Below, one piece after another: positions 50,599 to 61,732 of a DNA stretch of 64,000 nucleotides. Below the pieces are notes generated by a model. The model did no database searches, was not told the DNA's origin, and saw only the letters and a list, made by a program, of their open reading frames with translations. Every line of letters begins with the position of its first letter. The first letter of the stretch is position 1. The DNA comes from Leptolyngbyaceae cyanobacterium (GTDB taxonomy: Bacteria > Cyanobacteriota > Cyanobacteriia > Phormidesmidales > Phormidesmidaceae). Position numbers and translations under genes: made by a program. The stretch spans positions 1,568,001 to 1,632,000 of the forward strand of contig CBDHHL010000056.1 in the NCBI GenBank assembly GCA_965263355.1, read 5' to 3'.

Positions 50599-50719
50599 GT
50601 AGGGGCTGTGCCTTGTGCCAGCCCTCCGAGGCCAGACGCCATTCACCAAATTTCTCTGATACTAGATCCTGGCTACCTGCGCCCGATATTGCAGGGCAAC
50701 CACAAGGGATTGCCCCTAC
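50599..50719. repeat. inverted pair of GTAG-type REP elements (REPIN-like)
   Basis: gtaggggctgtgccttgtgccagccct ... agggcaaccacaagggattgcccctac. Confidence 0.75.
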
Positions 50720-50845
50720 GAATTGATGTATTTTAATCGGTAGTAATTCAGCCAAATTGGTATGAGTCTTGCCATTAAAAAAACCGCCTGATGGCTTGAT
50801 CAGACGGTTAATGGTCGTGGTCGTTAAAGGATATGTCTAGGCTGC

Positions 50846-52426
50846 TTAAGCAGTGCGCTTACGCTTCAGGCCAAATAAAGCGGTGGCACCACTACCCAAG
50901 AGACCCAGGATAGTAGCGGGCTCAGGGACGGGCTGATACACCGAGAAGGTTTCGCTGACTTCGTTGCTAACCACAAGTAGTGGAGCACCAATGGGGCTGT
51001 CGGTTTCACTGATATACAGCAGACCTTCAGGGCTAATGTCACCCTTAGCGCTGGGCTCGTAGGTGATAAAGCTGGGGGCCGTTGGATCGGTAATGTCATA
51101 AACCATGACACCGCCGGAGCGCTCTAGACCGATAAATGCAATTACCTGGCCGTCTACGATACCGATGGTGACGCCTTCGGGTTCAGGACCTTTGTCGTCA
51201 CTGCGCTGATCAAACTCGTCGGGGTCGCCGCTGTTGATGTTAAAGAATTCAGGGAAGTCAGCTGCAATGATTTGCTCAAAGGCATCACCACTGTCATACA
51301 CCAGGTTGCCTTCGGCATCCCAAATGGAGAAGGAACGGGCACCGTAGCTATAAATTTGGTCGGTGTCGCCGTCGCCATCGGTATCGCCTAAGGCAGTTGT
51401 GGTCTTTAGACGACCTAAGTTTTCGTCTTCTTGTAGCTCATCAGCATTGGGATAAGCGGTGGGATCTAACTCTAGATCCTTAACCCGGACTTCTTCGGAG
51501 AAACCATCGTAATCACGGGCATCACCTTCATTGGCAGAAACGATATAGGTTTCGCCATCGACAGTGTAGGTTGCGATCGCATCCGGCTGATACATCCCCA
51601 ACACAGGATGCGTATCAATATTGATACCATCATCCCGATTGCTAGCATCAAAGCCATTACCATCAACGCTATGATCCTTAAACCCTAGGCTGGTTACTTC
51701 AGTAAAGGTTTCGGTGTCCAGATCTAAAATGCCAAACGCATTATTTTCCTGCAACGCCACATAAGCAGTGGCCCCATCGTCAGAAACCGCAATAAACTCA
51801 GGCTCAAGATCTTGCTCAGGCGTAGCCCCAGGGCCAAAAATACGGACCTCAGGATCAATCGGTACACCGCCAAATCCAACAGTCTTAACGCTGTTGTTAG
51901 CGATATCAATAATGCTCACCGAACCTTCAGGGTCTACGGTGTAGTCATCGTTGGGTTCCCCCTCATTGGCCACCAATACCTTGGTGCTATCGGGAGTAAA
52001 TGTGAGCATGTCAGGTAGAGCGCCGACCTCAAAGCTGATTTGAAAATCGCCATTGGCATCAAAAAAGGCGACGATACCATTGTCCTGAGCGGTTTCAGCT
52101 TCAATCGCCGCTGCCAAAATACCATTCCCAAACGCAACGCTATTAACGCCGCCGCCAGCAAACCCACCAATATTGGTCGGCTCAGTTAAATCAATAGAAC
52201 TAACAAAGCTAGGAGCAGTTGGATCAACGAGATTAAAAATCTCAATAGTGTCGCCTGTAGTGACAAACAGGTTATTGCTATCGGGGTCAAACGCTGAGAT
52301 TTCCGCACCACCCTCAACCTCTGCACCGCCCAATCGGCTAAGTGTAAACGCAGATGCAGGTGTAGCCATTGCTCCTGCCAGAACAATCGCCGGGACAAAC
52401 GCCCCCAACATATATTTAGGTGTCAT
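50846..52426 (-). CDS. choice-of-anchor I / alkaline-phosphatase-associated beta-propeller protein with PEP-CTERM sorting signal
   Basis: GAEISAFD, VGALPDML.FTPD, VANEGEP, DLEPE.I, RSDDKGPEPE, GLER.GG, SPEGL; C-terminal VPEP + TM + KRKR; ATG at 52426. Confidence 0.9.
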   Translation of the reverse strand: MTPKYMLGAFVPAIVLAGAMATPASAFTLSRLGGAEVEGGAEISAFDPDSNNLFVTTGDTIEIFNLVDPTAPSFVSSIDLTEPTNIGGFAGGGVNSVAFGNGILAAAIEAETAQDNGIVAFFDANGDFQISFEVGALPDMLTFTPDSTKVLVANEGEPNDDYTVDPEGSVSIIDIANNSVKTVGFGGVPIDPEVRIFGPGATPEQDLEPEFIAVSDDGATAYVALQENNAFGILDLDTETFTEVTSLGFKDHSVDGNGFDASNRDDGINIDTHPVLGMYQPDAIATYTVDGETYIVSANEGDARDYDGFSEEVRVKDLELDPTAYPNADELQEDENLGRLKTTTALGDTDGDGDTDQIYSYGARSFSIWDAEGNLVYDSGDAFEQIIAADFPEFFNINSGDPDEFDQRSDDKGPEPEGVTIGIVDGQVIAFIGLERSGGVMVYDITDPTAPSFITYEPSAKGDISPEGLLYISETDSPIGAPLLVVSNEVSETFSVYQPVPEPATILGLLGSGATALFGLKRKRTA

Positions 52427-52528
52427 AGTGTCGATTTCGATGTGAATTTCAGAGCTGTGAATCAGTAGTAACCCCCATCCAGCAAGAGCCACCTCGGGCG
52501 AACCGTGGCAAATACTGGACTCCTGCAT

Positions 52529-52583
52529 GATTTAATTTGAAGTTAAAATAATTTCCAAAATCAAAGGTTAAGAGAAGGTAAAA
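52529..52583 (-). promoter_or_regulatory. putative Pho box (SphR/PhoB) repeats
   Basis: Minus strand TTTTACCT-n3-CTTAACCT and TTTAACTT-n3-ATTAAATC resemble the cyanobacterial PyTTAAPyPy(T/A) repeats. Confidence 0.6.
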
Positions 52584-52813
52584 GCCCCTAGACCTTTCAA
52601 AGAGTCTTTAAGGAACCTCATCGTGGATTTATCTAGCCCATTAAAATAAACCTTGTCCATGTCCAGAATTGGAGTTTTGCCGTAGAAGAACATAAAGGTT
52701 TCAATTTGGGCGTGGTTTAGCTAGGTAGTTACTACTAATCCCCCCAACAGTCTCACTCCTCTGGCACAATGAGGTGGTCAAATGTCCCTGTTCAGTAAAG
52801 GTCTCCCAAGGTT

Positions 52814-55537
52814 TTGGTCCTAGCACCTGAAAATTTATTTCCGTTTCAGCTCGATTCGTTTCAAGTGGATGCCATTGAGGCACTTAACAAAGGACAGTCT
52901 GTAATTGTCTGTGCCCCCACTGGTTCCGGTAAAACCCTGGTGGGTGAATATGCCATTCACCGAGCCATTCACTTTAACAGACGGGTGTTTTACACCACCC
53001 CCCTAAAGGCGCTTTCCAATCAAAAACTGCGGGACTTTCGCGACCAGTTTGGCCATGACACGGTTGGTTTACTAACGGGCGACCTGTCCATCAACCGGGA
53101 TGCCCCCATTCTGGTGATGACCACAGAAATCTTTCGCAACATGCTCTATGGCACCACCATGGGAGAAGTGGGGGATGCGGTGCAGGGGGTACAAGCGGTG
53201 ATTCTAGACGAGTGTCACTATATGAACGACCGCCAACGCGGTACCGTCTGGGAAGAATCCATCATCTACTGTCCGCCAGAAATTCAGCTGGTGGGGCTGT
53301 CGGCTACGGTTGCCAATGGTGATCAGCTGACTGACTGGATTGCTAAAATCCATGGCCCCAGTCAGTTAATTTATTCGGACTTTCGCCCGGTGCCCCTGAC
53401 GATTCACTTCGCAACGGGTACGGGAATTTTCCCCCTCTTAAATGAGAAAAAAACAGCGCTCCACGACCGCTTGAAACGGCAGCGTAAGCCACCTCGCCAA
53501 CAAAAGGGCCAAAAGAAAAAATCTCCGAGCGCCAATAACGAATTTATTGTCAGCCAGCTGCAACAGAAAGACATGTTGCCCGCTATTTTCTTTATTTTTA
53601 GCCGTAAGGGGTGTGACAAGGCGGTACAAACCATTAGTAGTCTATCCCTGGTTACCCCGGCTGAGGCCCTCGACCTCAAACATCGGATTGATGAGTTTTT
53701 AAGGGCTAATCCTGAAGCGGCTCGGGCTGGTCAGGTGGATCCTCTATACCGAGGCATTGCGGCCCACCATGCTGGCCTATTACCCGCCTGGAAAGGTCTG
53801 GTGGAAGAGCTTTTCCAAGCCGGGCTGATTAAGGTTGTGTTTGCCACTGAAACCTTGGCAGCCGGTATTAATATGCCTGCGCGCACCACGGTTATTTCTA
53901 GTTTGTCAAAGCGTACCGATAGTGGTCATCGGCTCCTCCATGCCTCAGAATTTTTGCAGATGGCTGGCCGGGCAGGCCGACGAGGCATGGATATAGAAGG
54001 CCATGTGGTGACCGTAGAAACCCCCTTTGAGGGGGCTAAAGAAGCGGGGTATTTGGCGCTGGCTAAGCCGGACCCATTGGTGAGCCAATTCACGCCCAGC
54101 TATGGCATGGTGCTCAACTTACTTCAAACCCATTCCCTAGAGGAAACCCGTGCCCTAGTAGAACGTAGCTTTGGGCAATATCTTTCCACCTTGCATCTAA
54201 CGCCCCAACAACAGGCCATCAATGATGTGGAGCATAATATTGCGCTTATTCGTGAGCAGTTGGAGACCATTGGTGACGAGCAAATTGCAGAATATGCCAA
54301 GCTGCGAGAGCGATTGCGGGAAGAACGCCGTCTCCTCAAAATTTTGGACAAACAGGCCCTTGAAACCTTGACAGGGGATCAGCAAACCGTGGTTAATTTC
54401 GCCGTGGCGGGCACAGTGCTATCTCTTAAGGGGAAGCATGTTAAGGTGCATAACCCGCTACCCGCTGTTTTGGTCACTAAGGTCCAAGCCCCTGGAAAAA
54501 TCACCTATCTGATTTGTCTGACCCAGGATAATCGTTGGATTATGGCAGCGCCTCGGGATGTATTTGCCCTTTACGAAAAATATGAGCGCATTGCAGCGGT
54601 GGATCATCTGGTACCACCGGACACCCTGCCCCTGAAAGCTGGCAGTAAGTGTACTGGGGATGACACAACGGCTGAGGTGGCCAGCCTGATACCCATAGAA
54701 TTACCTTCCTTTGATGCCCTGGCTCCGGAGGTCAAGGAACAGCGCGATCGCATGCTTTCTGTTGAGGCTAAGTTAGAAAGCCATCCGCTCAATCAATTTG
54801 GCAAACCCAAATCACTGCTGAAAAAGCAGCAGCGGCTGACCATCTTGGAGACTGAGTTACGCGATCGCAAAGCTAAATATAATCAATACGCCAGCCGCTA
54901 CTGGCAAGAGTTTCTTAATCTAATGGCGATTCTTGAAAACTTTGGCGGTCTTGAGCAAAATCAACCGACGAACTTTGGCAAAATGGCCGCCGCTATCCGG
55001 GGTGAAAATGAACTGTGGCTGGCCTTGGCCTTAGGATCCGGTGAATTTGACCATCTGCTGCCCCATCAGTTCGCCGCTGCCTGTGCCGCCATTGTTACAG
55101 AAATCACCCGCCCCGACACCTGGACCCGTTATAGCACCTCCAATGCCGTGACAGAAGCCCTGGATGGGCTACGTTCAATTCGTCGGCAAGTGTTTCAGCA
55201 GCAGCGGCGTTACCAGGTGGCTTTACCCGTATGCCTGGAGTGGAATCTGATTGCCTTGGTCGAAGAATGGGCCTTAGAAGCTGAGTGGAATGAGCTGTGT
55301 CAAAATACCAGCCTGGATGAAGGGGATGTGGTGCGCATTCTTCGCCGTACCTTGGATATTTTGTCTCAAATTCCCCACGTGCCATTCCTGTCGCCTACGG
55401 TTAAGTCCACAGCCCGTCAGGCTGCTTATCTACTAAATCGTTTCCCGGTAAATGAGGCTGGCGATATAGCAAACCCGCTAAGCGAGGCATCGGAGGAAGA
55501 CATAGATGTCGACGATATTAATACCGAAGAGGAATAA
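52814..55537 (+). CDS. Ski2-like DEAD/DEAH-box RNA helicase (HelY-like, DSHCT domain)
   Basis: APTGSGKT, PLKALSNQK, DECH, LSAT, ATETLAAGINMPA, QMAGRAGRRG, DEGD.VR motifs. Confidence 0.95.
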   Translation: MVLAPENLFPFQLDSFQVDAIEALNKGQSVIVCAPTGSGKTLVGEYAIHRAIHFNRRVFYTTPLKALSNQKLRDFRDQFGHDTVGLLTGDLSINRDAPILVMTTEIFRNMLYGTTMGEVGDAVQGVQAVILDECHYMNDRQRGTVWEESIIYCPPEIQLVGLSATVANGDQLTDWIAKIHGPSQLIYSDFRPVPLTIHFATGTGIFPLLNEKKTALHDRLKRQRKPPRQQKGQKKKSPSANNEFIVSQLQQKDMLPAIFFIFSRKGCDKAVQTISSLSLVTPAEALDLKHRIDEFLRANPEAARAGQVDPLYRGIAAHHAGLLPAWKGLVEELFQAGLIKVVFATETLAAGINMPARTTVISSLSKRTDSGHRLLHASEFLQMAGRAGRRGMDIEGHVVTVETPFEGAKEAGYLALAKPDPLVSQFTPSYGMVLNLLQTHSLEETRALVERSFGQYLSTLHLTPQQQAINDVEHNIALIREQLETIGDEQIAEYAKLRERLREERRLLKILDKQALETLTGDQQTVVNFAVAGTVLSLKGKHVKVHNPLPAVLVTKVQAPGKITYLICLTQDNRWIMAAPRDVFALYEKYERIAAVDHLVPPDTLPLKAGSKCTGDDTTAEVASLIPIELPSFDALAPEVKEQRDRMLSVEAKLESHPLNQFGKPKSLLKKQQRLTILETELRDRKAKYNQYASRYWQEFLNLMAILENFGGLEQNQPTNFGKMAAAIRGENELWLALALGSGEFDHLLPHQFAAACAAIVTEITRPDTWTRYSTSNAVTEALDGLRSIRRQVFQQQRRYQVALPVCLEWNLIALVEEWALEAEWNELCQNTSLDEGDVVRILRRTLDILSQIPHVPFLSPTVKSTARQAAYLLNRFPVNEAGDIANPLSEASEEDIDVDDINTEEE

Positions 55538-55593
55538 TAATAATTGTTACGGCTCAGTCTAAGGCTATCCACTGCTTACCCTACCCGTTGTCT

Positions 55594-55992
55594 ATGACAT
55601 TGTCTTCTGCATTTATTCAACCTAAAACGCTTGCCCGTGCTCAACGCGCAGTGAGATGTGCGCCTTTTTATATGAAATTGCTGGTGGCGATGCGATCTCA
55701 AAGCGTTTCCCTACGGGCCGTTACTGACGATCGCGGTATGCTGAGCGGCTATACCCGCCAACCCCTTTCAGACGTTGCCGCCGAGCAACACCTAAGTTGG
55801 CTCATGACCGTGGGGATTGTCCGCCGGGAGGTCGATGGACAAGGCTTGACCGATAGTTTTCGTCTGACACCTATTGGTCGTCAGTTGGTAGAACAATGGG
55901 AAGCCTCAGGTCGTCCGGATTCCCTAGGTAATCCTCTGGATTATTTACTCAATGCCAGAAATCGTTGGTTGAGACTACCGACCTGGTTGTAA
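55594..55992 (+). CDS. conserved cyanobacterial winged-helix-like protein (Npun_F0494-like)
   Basis: RA.RA..C.PF, L.WL..VG..RREVDGQG.TDSFRLTP.GRQL. Confidence 0.85.
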   Translation: MTLSSAFIQPKTLARAQRAVRCAPFYMKLLVAMRSQSVSLRAVTDDRGMLSGYTRQPLSDVAAEQHLSWLMTVGIVRREVDGQGLTDSFRLTPIGRQLVEQWEASGRPDSLGNPLDYLLNARNRWLRLPTWL

Positions 55993-56327
55993 TGGCCAGG
56001 TTAATTTTGAAACCATTTTTCGATCTCAGCGGCATAGTAGCACTGACGATGTCTAAAGGATAAAGTTTGGGTAAAGTTATGCAATAGTATTTCAACTTAA
56101 ACCACGTTCAAGTTGAAACTGGTCACTTCTGCCCTAGAAAACTACAGTTCTGGACAAAGCTTAACCACCAACTCTCACCGTCAGGCTATTCCCATTGGCA
56201 TCGCTGATCTTTCTTATTTCAACTAAAGCGTAGCAAATACTCATATTGAAAATCGTTATTCCGATTCACTATTTCAACTCAATATTGCAATCACTAATAA
56301 TTCCACTAGACCGGGAGGCACTCTAGC

Positions 56328-57821
56328 ATGAAGGCCATTATGGTAGTGGGGACAACCTCCCACGCCGGTAAATCTCTAATTGTCACAGCACTTTGCCGTA
56401 TGTTGAGCCGTCGTGGCTGGCGAGTGGCTCCCTTCAAGGGTCAAAATATGGCCTCTAATACCTATGTCACCTCTAATGGGGCCGAAATAGGCTATGCACA
56501 GGCAGTCCAGGCTTGGGCAGCGGGAGTATCTCCCCAATCCGAAATGAATCCAGTACTGCTCAAAACCCAGAGCAACGGCACTTCTCAAGTCATCATCAAA
56601 GGACGCCCTGTGGGTCAGACCACATCTGACCATTACTATGAGACTTACTTTGAAACCGGCTGGCAGGCGGTGCAAGAAAGCTTGGCTCGCCTAGGACAAG
56701 AATTTGACCTGCTGCTTTGTGAAGGCGACGGCAATCCTGCCGAAATCAATATCAAGCATCGAGATCTGGCAAATATGCGGATCGCCAAAGCCCTCAATGC
56801 ACCCACCATTCTGGTGGTTGATATTGATCGAGGGGGGGCCTTTGCCCATATCGTTGGCACCCTTGAACTCCTAGAGCCCGATGAGCGAGACCTGGTTAAA
56901 GGCATCATCATCAATAAGTTTAGTGGTCAGAAAAGTGTGCTGCAGTCAGGTATTGAATGGCTAGAAAAGCGCACAGGTATTCCTGTAATGGGTGTGGTTC
57001 CTTGGATTGATAATGCTACGCCAACAGAAGGGGCGCTTTCATTGATGAATCGCCCCATGGAAAAAAAATCCGCTGAACTTAACATTGCTGTAATTCGCTT
57101 GCCACGGATTTCTAACTTTACGGACTTTGACCCCCTAGAGGCTGAACCGTCAGTCAATGTTAGATATCTCAGCCCTAAAGACGATTTGGGCCATCCTGAC
57201 GCTGTCATTTTACCTGGCACTAAAACAGCCATTGCCGATCTGCTAATTTTGCAACGTACGGGGATGGCCGAAGCTATTCAAAACTATGCTTCAGCCGGGG
57301 GAACTGTGCTCGGTATTTGCGGTGGGTTCCAACTCATGGGACAAATGCTGGCGGATCCAGAAGGCTTAGAAGGCCAAGAAGGTCGATTCAGGGGATTAAG
57401 TATCCTTCCTCTGCGCACGGTCATTACTCAAAATAAAGTTGCCCGTCAACGATCCGTTAGCTCTAAGTATCCTCAAGAAGGCCTACCCGTTAATGGATAT
57501 GAAATCCACCATGGCCGTACTCAGCTGGTAATGACCCCTGAAGGGGGAGAACCAGGGCCAAAATTTCAGCCTATTTTTGACGACCGTAGCCTGGGCATTG
57601 TGGATGAAACCGAGTCTCTGTGGGGGACTTACCTGCACGGCATTTTTGACAACGGTCCTTGGCGACGAGCTTGGTTAAATCGCCTCAGACAGCAGCGGGG
57701 GCTAGGTTCTCTACCTACAGGTATTGCTAACTATCGAGAACAGCGCGACACCATGCTCAACGATTTAGCCGATACAGTTGAAAAATACGTTAACTTGGAC
57801 CCGATTCTGAGCCAGTCCTAG
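56328..57821 (+). CDS. cobQ: cobyric acid synthase
   Basis: GTTSHAGKS, PFKGQNM, DIDRGG, ISNFTDFDPL, GICGG.Q, GYEIH.G, GTYLHG; GGAGG RBS. Confidence 0.97.
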   Translation: MKAIMVVGTTSHAGKSLIVTALCRMLSRRGWRVAPFKGQNMASNTYVTSNGAEIGYAQAVQAWAAGVSPQSEMNPVLLKTQSNGTSQVIIKGRPVGQTTSDHYYETYFETGWQAVQESLARLGQEFDLLLCEGDGNPAEINIKHRDLANMRIAKALNAPTILVVDIDRGGAFAHIVGTLELLEPDERDLVKGIIINKFSGQKSVLQSGIEWLEKRTGIPVMGVVPWIDNATPTEGALSLMNRPMEKKSAELNIAVIRLPRISNFTDFDPLEAEPSVNVRYLSPKDDLGHPDAVILPGTKTAIADLLILQRTGMAEAIQNYASAGGTVLGICGGFQLMGQMLADPEGLEGQEGRFRGLSILPLRTVITQNKVARQRSVSSKYPQEGLPVNGYEIHHGRTQLVMTPEGGEPGPKFQPIFDDRSLGIVDETESLWGTYLHGIFDNGPWRRAWLNRLRQQRGLGSLPTGIANYREQRDTMLNDLADTVEKYVNLDPILSQS

Positions 57822-57933
57822 GTCTGCCCCCCAACCAAAGTCATATATCAGCATCAGGGTCCCATAATATTCCTGGACTGACTGTAGGACCACTGTGGGA
57901 CCATATGGGCAGTCCTATCAAATCAGGTTAGTA

Positions 57934-58707
57934 ATGCCCCCTATAGATATTGGAATTTTGGCCCTGGGTGGTTTAACCGCAGGAATATTAGCAGGCTTGC
58001 TGGGCATTGGTGGCGGAGTACTAATGGTGCCATTGTTGCTAGTTTTTGGCATCAATGTGGATCAAGCTGCGGCTACGAGTTTGCTGGCGATTCTGATCAC
58101 AGCCACCACAGGCAGTTTGCAAAATTGGCGTATGGGGTACCTACAACCCAAAAACATTTTGCTCCTGGCACTACCAGCCATTGCTTTGGTAATCGTGGGC
58201 ACTGAAGTGGGTGGGCTATTGGCAGAATATTGGCGACGAACTGCGTTTGGCACCCTACTACTAGCTAATATTTATTTGGTTAGCGTTAAGAAACGTATTG
58301 CCACCACTGCTCATGTCCGTCAAATGTCACCGCTGGTGGCACGACTTATAACTGGCAGTTCCTCAGGATTTATGGCAGGGCTATTCGGCGTGGGCGGTGG
58401 CGTGATCATGGTGCCTCTGCAGATATTACTCATGCATACCAGCATGAAAAATGCGGTGCGTAATAGTCTAGCGGTGATTTCCCTGACGGCCTTAATTGCC
58501 TGCATCCACAATGGTCTGAAAGGAGATATTGTCTATGGTGCTGGCTTAATGCTGGGGTTAGGCGGCTTGGTGGGCGTACAAATCAGTACTCGATTTTTAC
58601 CCAAGCTACCTGAACGGGTAGTTAGCTGGCTATTTCGTACGTTGCTTTGCGTATTGTCAGCCTACGTATTTTGGCAAGCCTGGCAGGCATATACGAGCCA
58701 AACATAA
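57934..58707 (+). CDS. TauE/SafE (sulfite exporter) family protein
   Basis: Two G..G.GGG..MVP repeats; about 8 TM helices. Confidence 0.92.
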   Translation: MPPIDIGILALGGLTAGILAGLLGIGGGVLMVPLLLVFGINVDQAAATSLLAILITATTGSLQNWRMGYLQPKNILLLALPAIALVIVGTEVGGLLAEYWRRTAFGTLLLANIYLVSVKKRIATTAHVRQMSPLVARLITGSSSGFMAGLFGVGGGVIMVPLQILLMHTSMKNAVRNSLAVISLTALIACIHNGLKGDIVYGAGLMLGLGGLVGVQISTRFLPKLPERVVSWLFRTLLCVLSAYVFWQAWQAYTSQT

Positions 58708-58868
58708 AAATGGGTACCAAACTTAAGCTAGTACCCAGTGACTAACTTGAGCAGTTAGCATTCACATGTATTCAATTTTGGCAAAAGTCTACAGACTAAC
58801 TGCGAAGGATGCAGCGAACGTATCTATCAGCTGAGTCTTCAGATGCTTTACCAGATCTAGCTTGCCTA

Positions 58869-58964
58869 CTATTCCTTAGTTTGAATATAAAGAATAAGTA
58901 GAAATACGGTTGGAACGAATACGAACAGGATGCTGGCTACAAACCCTAGATTATTAACTTCCAT
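58869..58964 (-). CDS. psbM: photosystem II protein M (absent from the ORF track)
   Basis: Manual translation [31 protein letters not shown]. Confidence 0.96.
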   Translation of the reverse strand: MEVNNLGFVASILFVFVPTVFLLILYIQTKE

Positions 58965-59147
58965 AGGACTTAGCTACTATTCTCTTAACAACAAACCACA
59001 TGGCTAAGCATATCACCCCGCTTCAACTCAATGAACCCACTGGTGAATGAATTGCAGTTTGCAATACTCTTTGGCAACCAAAAACCTGGTAAGTCGGTAG
59101 TTATAGACAAGCAACCTCACACCAGCAAACTGTTTGCTTTAAGATTT

Positions 59148-59456
59148 TTATTTTTTCCGTTTGGGTTTAGTGACGACGCTGACCGGGCCGTTGACCAGTG
59201 TCTGACAAGCCAAGCGACAATTGTCAGAGCGTTTTTTGAGCCTTTTTTCTTCGACGGCTGTGCGGGGAGACAGGTTATCTAACCCTTCGGCAATTTCAAC
59301 AACACATAGTGCACATTGGCCATATCCGCCGCAGTTCATCATCTTGCCAGTAAATGTATAGATATCAACGCGATTATCTATCGCCTTCTGACGCAGATTT
59401 GCTCCATCCGCCGCTGTGATCTCAACATCTTCGTTAACAAACTTAATAGTTGGCAT
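59148..59456 (-). CDS. 2Fe-2S ferredoxin-like protein
   Basis: [11 protein letters not shown]...RLACQ; usual position divergent from psbB. Confidence 0.93.
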   Translation of the reverse strand: MPTIKFVNEDVEITAADGANLRQKAIDNRVDIYTFTGKMMNCGGYGQCALCVVEIAEGLDNLSPRTAVEEKRLKKRSDNCRLACQTLVNGPVSVVTKPKRKK

Positions 59457-59781
59457 CGAATAGCTCCAAAGGCAATCGTTACAAAGTCGAGAACGCCGTT
59501 AACGGCTTCATCCTAAGCAATCCAACTTGCATTGGATTATGAACTCTAGTTACACTTCTTTATACACTTTAATCTTCGAATTTGAGTGTATTAGTCCGTC
59601 GGGAATCGTTTGGATTCACTACCGTGTCAGGCTATCTGTCCATTGCCTCTAGTTTGCTTTGCTCTCAAGGAAAATTCTTTGGGCGTTTGCTTTGGAGTCA
59701 ATGGGTGTATCTGGTAGCCTGTTTGTATCGGTATTTTAATGTACGGCTAACATTTCCAAACTAGGAGGAGGCGCGTAGTCA

Positions 59782-61302
59782 ATGGGACTACCCTGGTACC
59801 GGGTACATACAGTCGTTATTAACGATCCCGGACGACTGATTTCTGTACACCTAATGCATACTGCACTTGTAGCAGGTTGGGCTGGCTCTATGGCCCTGTT
59901 TGAGCTTGCTACATTTGATCCAAGTGATCCTGCCCTGAATCCCATGTGGCGTCAGGGTATGTTTGTTCTTCCCTTCATGGCTCGCCTCGGTGTAACCGGG
60001 TCTTGGGGCGGCTGGAGTGTGACTGGCGAGACAGGGGTTGATCCTGGTTTCTGGTCCTTTGAAGGTGTTGCACTCGCACATATCGTGTTATCTGGCCTAC
60101 TGTTCTTAGCAGCAGTTTGGCACTGGGTCTTCTGGGATTTGGATCTATTCCGTGACCCTCGAACTGGTGAGCCCGCATTGGACTTGCCCAAGATGTTCGG
60201 TATTCACCTGTTCTTATCTGGCTTACTTTGCTTCGGCTTTGGGGCATTTCATCTAACGGGTGTTTGGGGCCCCGGTATGTGGGTATCTGACCCCTACGCC
60301 CTGACTGGACACGTGCAGCCTGTGGCTCCCGAATGGGGTCCTGGTGGATTTAACCCTTACGACGCAGGCGGTATTGTGGCACACCATATTGCCGCTGGTA
60401 TTGTCGGTATTGTGGCTGGTCTATTCCACCTGACGGTGCGACCACCCCAGCGTCTTTACAAGGCGCTGCGTATGGGTAATATCGAAACTGTCCTATCCAG
60501 TAGTATCGCAGCTGTTTTCTTTGCGGCATTCGTTGTGGCCGGTACCATGTGGTACGGCAATGCGACGACTCCTGTTGAACTGTTTGGTCCTACTCGTTAT
60601 CAGTGGGATGCTGGCTATTACCAGCAGGAAATTGAGCGCCGTGTACAGGCTGATATGGCTGACGGTCTCAGCCGTGCAGAAGCCTATGAGAATATTCCTG
60701 AGAAACTTGCTTTCTACGACTATGTGGGTAACAGCCCTGCCAAGGGTGGTTTGTTCCGCGTAGGTCCTATGGATAGTGGTGACGGTATTGCCACTGCTTG
60801 GCTAGGTCACCCTGTATTCAAAGATGCTGAGGGTCGCGTACTTTCAGTTCGTCGTCTGCCTAACTTCTTTGAAACTTTCCCAGTTATTCTGACTGACTCT
60901 AGTGGCACAGTGCGGGCAGATATTCCTTTCCGACGCGCTGAATCCCAGTACAGCATCGAGCAAACCGGTGTAACTGTTAGCTTCTACGGTGGTGAGCTGG
61001 ATGGCCAGACCATTGAGGATCCTGCCCGTGTGAAGCGTTATGCCCGTAAGGCGCTGTTAGGTGAGCCCTTTGAGTTTGATCTTGAAACTCTGGACTCTGA
61101 CGGTGTATTCCGGTCCAGTCCCCGTGGTTGGTTTACTTTTGGCCACGCAGTCTTTGCACTGTTGTTCTTCTTTGGCCATATCTGGCACGGCTCCCGTACT
61201 CTTTACCGCGATGTATTCGCTGGTATTGATCCCGATCTCTCTCCTGAGCAGGTCGAGTGGGGCTTGTTCCAAAAGGTGGGTGACACTACTACTCGTATCT
61301 AG
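59782..61302 (+). CDS. psbB: photosystem II CP47 protein
   Basis: [18 protein letters not shown] start and continuous CP47 sequence; AGGAGG RBS. Confidence 0.99.
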   Translation: MGLPWYRVHTVVINDPGRLISVHLMHTALVAGWAGSMALFELATFDPSDPALNPMWRQGMFVLPFMARLGVTGSWGGWSVTGETGVDPGFWSFEGVALAHIVLSGLLFLAAVWHWVFWDLDLFRDPRTGEPALDLPKMFGIHLFLSGLLCFGFGAFHLTGVWGPGMWVSDPYALTGHVQPVAPEWGPGGFNPYDAGGIVAHHIAAGIVGIVAGLFHLTVRPPQRLYKALRMGNIETVLSSSIAAVFFAAFVVAGTMWYGNATTPVELFGPTRYQWDAGYYQQEIERRVQADMADGLSRAEAYENIPEKLAFYDYVGNSPAKGGLFRVGPMDSGDGIATAWLGHPVFKDAEGRVLSVRRLPNFFETFPVILTDSSGTVRADIPFRRAESQYSIEQTGVTVSFYGGELDGQTIEDPARVKRYARKALLGEPFEFDLETLDSDGVFRSSPRGWFTFGHAVFALLFFFGHIWHGSRTLYRDVFAGIDPDLSPEQVEWGLFQKVGDTTTRI

Positions 61303-61330
61303 TGCTCGTTCACAGGTTTTAGTTTAAGTA

Positions 61331-61367
61331 AAAATGGCTCAGCAAGTTTCGCTGGGCCATTTTTTTG
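61331..61367 (+). terminator. intrinsic terminator after psbB
   Basis: aaaatggctcagc...gctgggccatttttttt hairpin plus T run. Confidence 0.8.
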
Positions 61368-61443
61368 GGATAATGTTTTCACTAGCAGCCCTTGCTGGGG
61401 TCTACGGCAATGGCAATAGATGTTGATTGAGTAGGACAAAACC

Positions 61444-61542
61444 ATGGAAAGTGTTGCTTACATTCTGATTCTCGCCCTCATTCTTGGGACGCTCTTTTTT
61501 GCGATAGTATTTCGTGAGCCCCCCCGGATTAAAAAGGACTAA
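61444..61542 (+). CDS. psbT: photosystem II protein T (absent from the ORF track)
   Basis: Manual translation MESVAYILILALILGTLFFAIVFREPPRIKKD. Confidence 0.96.
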   Translation: MESVAYILILALILGTLFFAIVFREPPRIKKD

Positions 61543-61732
61543 TTCCATATTTTTTTAGCCTGGAGCTATCAATAAAGCGAAAGGTCTAAGAACCGAGCTG
61601 TTATCCCCGATGAGATGGATGACATAATAGAGGTACTAACTTCTTTGCGTTTAGCGAAGTTAGCCTCTATTTTTGTTTTAAGCGTGGTCTAATGAGCGGA
61701 CCTCACGTTACTGATTTTGGGTTTATTGGTCT

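Noticed and set aside
50469..50642. N-terminal extension of the glycosyltransferase ORF
   Set aside because: Translates REP DNA; family similarity starts at MPHKLLFISNGHGED
57934..58707. TauE/SafE exporter as part of the taurine cluster
   Set aside because: It lies 24 kb away among housekeeping genes and the family is broad; nothing links it to the cluster
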